The translations under genes and the position numbers were made by a program. 64,000 nt of DNA from an uncultured bacterium. Lineage in GTDB: Bacteria > Patescibacteriota > JACMRA01. The notes under the pieces are model-generated. The model saw only the letters and a list, made by a program, of their open reading frames with translations. It did no database searches and was not told where the DNA came from. This document shows, piece by piece, positions 59,951 to 64,000 of the stretch. The stretch is from positions 96,001 through 160,000 of the forward strand of contig CAWAQU010000007.1 of NCBI GenBank assembly GCA_963784355.1. The letters are read 5' to 3'. Within the stretch, counting starts at the first letter, position 1; every line of letters begins with the position of its first letter.

Positions 59951-60261
59951 CTCCATAAAGATCAACCAATAATATCTCCTGCTGGAATCTATGGCTACTG
60001 GACTGAGCCAGTAACAAACCAAAGTTTAACAACTTTTAGTATAATTACTACAGAAGTTAACAAAGAAATGCAAAGTCTGCACGATAGAATGCCTGTAATT
60101 ATAAACCCTAAAGATGAAGAAAAGTACTTAGAAGCTGATGTAGATGCAGCTTACAGCTTACTTAGGCCAAGTGACGAAAAACTAGACACTTACGAGATTA
60201 GTAGGCTTGTGAATAGTCCTCAAAATAAAATAGTGAGGAACTTTTAAAACAAGTAGCCTAG
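59951..60261 (+). pseudogene. SRAP (YedK/HMCES) family remnant
   Basis: Hand translation gives AGIYGYW...TFSIITTEVNKEMQSLHDRMPVII...ISRLVNSPQN; no N-terminal MCGR half; probable frameshift near 60225. Confidence 0.85.
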
Positions 60262-60397
60262 CTATAAAGTTATTTGCAGAGCCTAAAAAAGTATGCTATA
60301 AGATAATATGTTGGGATTGAGTTTCAAACTCTCTTAACCATTTAACAGTTAAAAAGGAGAAAATCAATGGGAATACAAATTTAAGTAGGACACTAAA

Positions 60398-60580
60398 TTG
60401 ACAATCAAACAGATTTTAGTTAGAACAATTAAAATTTATATGCTTTTAAAACATAATAAGTTCAAAACTTCCTATTATTATCAAAAATTCAAGGTTGCTA
60501 TTGTTATTGCTACTGTTATTATTTTACTTGTGGGTACCTTAATTATTTACTTAGCTCGTAAGATGTACAATTTTGATTAG
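60398..60580 (+). CDS. Possible small single-TM protein
   Basis: 60-aa ORF with a long hydrophobic stretch; promoter-like sequence at 60274-60302. Confidence 0.3.
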   Translation: MTIKQILVRTIKIYMLLKHNKFKTSYYYQKFKVAIVIATVIILLVGTLIIYLARKMYNFD

Positions 60581-60667
60581 AACTAGAAGAAAATTCTGTG
60601 TTTAGTAATAATGGGTTTGCTATAAATATTTATTGGCCTAACTGAGAGTCTTTATTTTTTAACACAT

Positions 60668-61957
60668 TTAAACCTTCAACAACTCACTCCATACAGTTGT
60701 GTATCTAGGACTCCTCATCTCCGCTTTAATCTGCCACTTTTGATTGTTTCCAAGAACAGCTAATTTAACACTATTTTTACCGTACTTGTTGTTTAATTTA
60801 TCTACTGTTTGCATTATTCTATCCTGTCTTTGAAACTCAGGGCTTGGCTCGTCAAACAAACTTAATTGTATAGAGGAATCAGAAGTAATATTTTGAACCA
60901 TAACCCCGGCTTTCTGGTATTCGTAGCCCTCTTTGTAAATACTTTTTAAAAGCTTTATAGCATGATTTATTAGGGTAGGGGTGTAAGCAGTTTGTATAGG
61001 CAAAGCCAGGCTTGCTGAATTGTAATACATGTTGTCTTTAAATCTGTTAGCCATCAGGAAAACGTAGATAATTCCTGCTGCTGAATTTTGTTTACGAAGT
61101 TTTTCTCCAATGCGGGTGGTGTAGGTAGCTACAGCTTCACTTAACTCATTGAAATCTGAAACTTTAGTACCAAAACTACGTGATGAAACAATACCCTTCT
61201 TTGGATCAGCTACTTGTTCAATATCTATACACTTAATTCCCCTCAATTCCTGTACCATTTTAAGCCCTTGAATTGTTAGGTGTTTCTTGACCCAATCGTT
61301 ATTGCACTGAGTAAGCTTATATGCATTTTCTATGTAGTAAGATTTAAGTTTTTTAGCGTATTGCCTTCCTATTCCCCAAATGTCTCTTACCTCAAATTGT
61401 TTAAGAAATTCATCTCTATAGGGGTTTTGGTAAAGATTTAACACACCCTTGTACTTACCAACTCCATCATCAGATTTTCTAACCTCTTTTTTGGCTATTT
61501 CATTGGCAACTTTGGCTAAGGTCTTTGTTTCAGCTATTCCAATCGATACAGGAATACCAGTGTCTTTGCATATCCGCTCTTTGATCTCCTTCCCAAAATC
61601 TAATAATTGGCTAGGGTGAACATGACTTAGATCCAGAAAAGCTTCATCTATTGAATAAACTTCAAGATTAGAACCAAATTCAATAAGAGTTTTCATTACA
61701 CGGTCGCTCATGTCACCGTAGAGGGCATAATTACTGGATAACACCTCACAACCCATTTCTTTAAGTTGATCTTTTACTTGAAACAAAGGAATGCCCATTG
61801 GAATACCAGCGTTTTTTACCTCATTACTTCTAGCTACAATACAACCATCATTGTTTGATAACACTACCACTGGTTTATTCCTCAAATCAGGTCTAAATAC
61901 TCGCTCACAAGAAACGTAGAAGTTATTACAATCAATTAGAGCAATGGCATTAGACAT
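60668..61957 (-). CDS. umuC: Y-family DNA polymerase V subunit UmuC
   Basis: [25 protein letters not shown] and C-terminal SPRYTT.W. Confidence 0.96.
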   Translation of the reverse strand: MSNAIALIDCNNFYVSCERVFRPDLRNKPVVVLSNNDGCIVARSNEVKNAGIPMGIPLFQVKDQLKEMGCEVLSSNYALYGDMSDRVMKTLIEFGSNLEVYSIDEAFLDLSHVHPSQLLDFGKEIKERICKDTGIPVSIGIAETKTLAKVANEIAKKEVRKSDDGVGKYKGVLNLYQNPYRDEFLKQFEVRDIWGIGRQYAKKLKSYYIENAYKLTQCNNDWVKKHLTIQGLKMVQELRGIKCIDIEQVADPKKGIVSSRSFGTKVSDFNELSEAVATYTTRIGEKLRKQNSAAGIIYVFLMANRFKDNMYYNSASLALPIQTAYTPTLINHAIKLLKSIYKEGYEYQKAGVMVQNITSDSSIQLSLFDEPSPEFQRQDRIMQTVDKLNNKYGKNSVKLAVLGNNQKWQIKAEMRSPRYTTVWSELLKV

Positions 61958-61965
61958 AACATAAT

Positions 61966-62382
61966 TTAAAACTTTCTAATTATTGATGAGACAACACCCC
62001 AAACTTCAAAATATGTATTGTCAGTGATTAAAATAGGTTTATAAGCTGTATTCTCAGATATAAGGTATACTTCATCTTTATTTTTTTTAAATCTTTTTAC
62101 AGTAAATTCTGAATTAACAACTGCTAAAATAATATCTCCATTTTTTGCTATTTTGCTTCGATCTACTACAATCATATCTCCAGCGAATATACCTGCGTCT
62201 TTCATTGATTCTCCTTCTATTTTTAGAAAAAATGTAGAAGCCGGATGTTCTATCAAAAACTCATTCAAATCTAGCTTTTCATTAATATAGTCATCTGCAG
62301 GTGAAGGAAACCCAGCCTGCACCAAGCTCGAAAAATACGGTAGTGTAATCTTTTTTCCTATTTTTGTTTTGAAAATCTGCAT
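61966..62382 (-). CDS. umuD: UmuD (S24 peptidase family)
   Basis: [20 protein letters not shown]. Confidence 0.95.
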   Translation of the reverse strand: MQIFKTKIGKKITLPYFSSLVQAGFPSPADDYINEKLDLNEFLIEHPASTFFLKIEGESMKDAGIFAGDMIVVDRSKIAKNGDIILAVVNSEFTVKRFKKNKDEVYLISENTAYKPILITDNTYFEVWGVVSSIIRKF

Positions 62383-62514
62383 AATTTAGCTAATAACACA
62401 TAACTGTAGATTTAGCAAGTAAAGAGGAACTAAAGAAGCAAATAGAGCTATTAATAAATTTGCATAGATAATAAAAGTATGCTAACGTAAAATAGCAAAC
62501 GTTGAGGAAATATA

Positions 62515-62802
62515 ATGGGTTTTGTATCTTCTGGTGGATGTATAGATTACGATCCTGATAGGCTAACAAACGCACTGATAGTAAAAAGCACTAATTATAC
62601 AATATTAAGTGCAGACTATATCAAATTGATTTTTAGTTTGGTACATAATATATATGCTGATAAACCTTACCAAGCTTTAAATCAGGAACCGTTTGACTAT
62701 ATTTTCCAAAGAATACCAGCCCCTAGGATGTTAACTCAGGAGGCTTGGAAACAGTTTCTGACGGATGTACATGAAATTTGGTTACAGTATGTTATAATGT
62801 AA
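62515..62802 (+). CDS. Hypothetical protein
   Basis: 95-aa ATG ORF preceded by a promoter-like TTGCAT-N17 element and followed by an AAGCAGA...TCTGCTT-T hairpin. Confidence 0.5.
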   Translation: MGFVSSGGCIDYDPDRLTNALIVKSTNYTILSADYIKLIFSLVHNIYADKPYQALNQEPFDYIFQRIPAPRMLTQEAWKQFLTDVHEIWLQYVIM

Positions 62803-63156
62803 TTATTTGTAATCGTTTCTTGTTAAGCAGATAGCGTGTAACAACCTTTCTGCTTTTTTGTAGCCAAATTAATTTAAAGCTTTATTTTAAATCCATAATT
62901 TTGACCCAATAACAAGCCAGCAATTTAGCTGGTCTTTTGTTATTTCTACCGCCCACCCTTTTAATTTATGAATGGATTTTATTACCCTGCTTTTGCCTGG
63001 CTTTTTTTATCTGGACTAGACGGTTCTATCAAGACGTATTTTCTATTTTCTCACTCACATCACCACCCCTGCTGCTCGTAAGAAAACCGCAATTTCCTTG
63101 AAATTACTTAAAAAATAGTCTATGACAGAACTTGCTAGTACTAATTTATATCAGCT

Positions 63157-64000
63157 TTATTCTACTGCTGTAAAAGGCCAAAGATTATCTTGATAAATTA
63201 TTGGTTGAATTGATTTATTTTCTTTGAAATCTTTGATTTTGTTGTAAAATTTCCAACCGCTTAAAATATTTTTGTTAGTTACAAATCTCTCAAAATTGTG
63301 TTCAAGCAAATCTTCAAATAAATTTGTGTGATCCATTTTTTCATTATCTGATAGGTCTTGGAATAATTTCTGACTGCCTTTAATTAGTTCAAGATAACTT
63401 TCAGGATTAATTCTCCATACCAACTTACTATCATCAGTAAAATACATCGTAATTTCAGTATTTTTTAGACCCAAACTCTTGCCAGATTCAAATTCCAGCT
63501 CAATATTTTTGTTATTTATTTTAAGCTCAGAATTTATTTTGAAATATGTATCGGTATTTGAGCTATCCAAATTTGAGTCAGAAATATAAGAGCTATACTG
63601 TCCCAAAATTAAATCCCTAACCTCAAAATTTTCTACATTGCTCCAATCTGAGTCCTCAGAGTAATATTTTAAACCTAAATCTAGAAGTGAATACAAGTGG
63701 ACAAAAATATCCTTTAAAGCACCAGTTTGCTCATAATAACCAGCCCTGTCTTTAACCCCGATTGATTCTAAAGCTTTGATTTCAATTTTATTAAGTTCTT
63801 TATTTTCAATTTCTTTAAACCTTTGCCAATCTGATTTCGTAATTATGGTGGGGCTTTTAAACAAATAGTGGTCCGAAAAATGAATATGACCGTGAAGATC
63901 ACAAGCAGTTATGATATCCAGCATTCTTTCGGCTTCTTCCAAAATTCTGCCAAATGGCTTTTCAATAATTAGGTCAATTTCTTTTGTGCTATAAGGGCAT
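63157..64000 (-). CDS. zwf: Glucose-6-phosphate dehydrogenase-like protein (5'-partial, divergent)
   Basis: The frame extends to the window edge: IIEKPFG, DHYLFK, E.IGV.DRAGYY..TGALKD..H, GQY. Confidence 0.8.
   Translation of the reverse strand, partial: CPYSTKEIDLIIEKPFGRILEEAERMLDIITACDLHGHIHFSDHYLFKSPTIITKSDWQRFKEIENKELNKIEIKALESIGVKDRAGYYEQTGALKDIFVHLYSLLDLGLKYYSEDSDWSNVENFEVRDLILGQYSSYISDSNLDSSNTDTYFKINSELKINNKNIELEFESGKSLGLKNTEITMYFTDDSKLVWRINPESYLELIKGSQKLFQDLSDNEKMDHTNLFEDLLEHNFERFVTNKNILSGWKFYNKIKDFKENKSIQPIIYQDNLWPFTAVE

Noticed and set aside
62404-62419. CTGTAGATTTAGCAAG as an SOS box upstream of umuD
   Set aside because: The right half does not match CTGT-N8-ACAG, and the lineage's LexA motif is unknown
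1-64000. Alternative genetic code 25 (TGA = Gly)
   Set aside because: sufC, sufD and lepB end at TGA at their expected C-termini, and long ORFs are intact under code 11
1-64000. CRISPR array, tRNA/rRNA genes, IS elements, prophage
   Set aside because: No regularly spaced short repeats, cloverleaf motifs, transposase, integrase or phage structural genes were recognised by eye

Overview
AT-rich bacterial chromosome segment in genetic code 11 (TGA is used as a stop). Gene content, Shine-Dalgarno-poor leaders and many orphan membrane proteins suggest a Patescibacteria/CPR-like genome, which is an inference. Housekeeping genes include sufS (partial), uvrA, pnp, an ABC-F ATPase, glyA, a Klenow-only polA, sufE, sufT-like, sufC/sufD, lepB, femAB-like, umuDC and zwf (partial). 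These are interleaved with a large surface-protein complement. The centrepiece is a 17.8 kb gene (5946 aa) for an N-anchored adhesin. Its five LamG-like lectin modules have divergent cores of balanced base composition set inside homogenised frame DNA that is strongly C-depleted on the coding strand. A 13-nt motif is exactly conserved at the frame/core junction in four of five modules, modules show patchwork identity, and there is an exact 915-bp tandem duplication. This is a candidate intragenic cassette-exchange or gene-conversion diversification system. The gene shares a distinctive TTGCATAAA-N-TATA(A/C)T promoter with a second adhesin and a cohesin-dockerin pair. Other oddities are a catalytically dead class II RNR remnant fused to a degenerate Nudix domain, a fused ATPase-TOPRIM gene, a CsoR-like/fasciclin/DipZ locus, a carbonic-anhydrase-like orphan and an SRAP remnant. 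No tRNA, rRNA, CRISPR array, transposase, integrase or reverse transcriptase was recognised. All calls come from visual motif reading, with no database searches.
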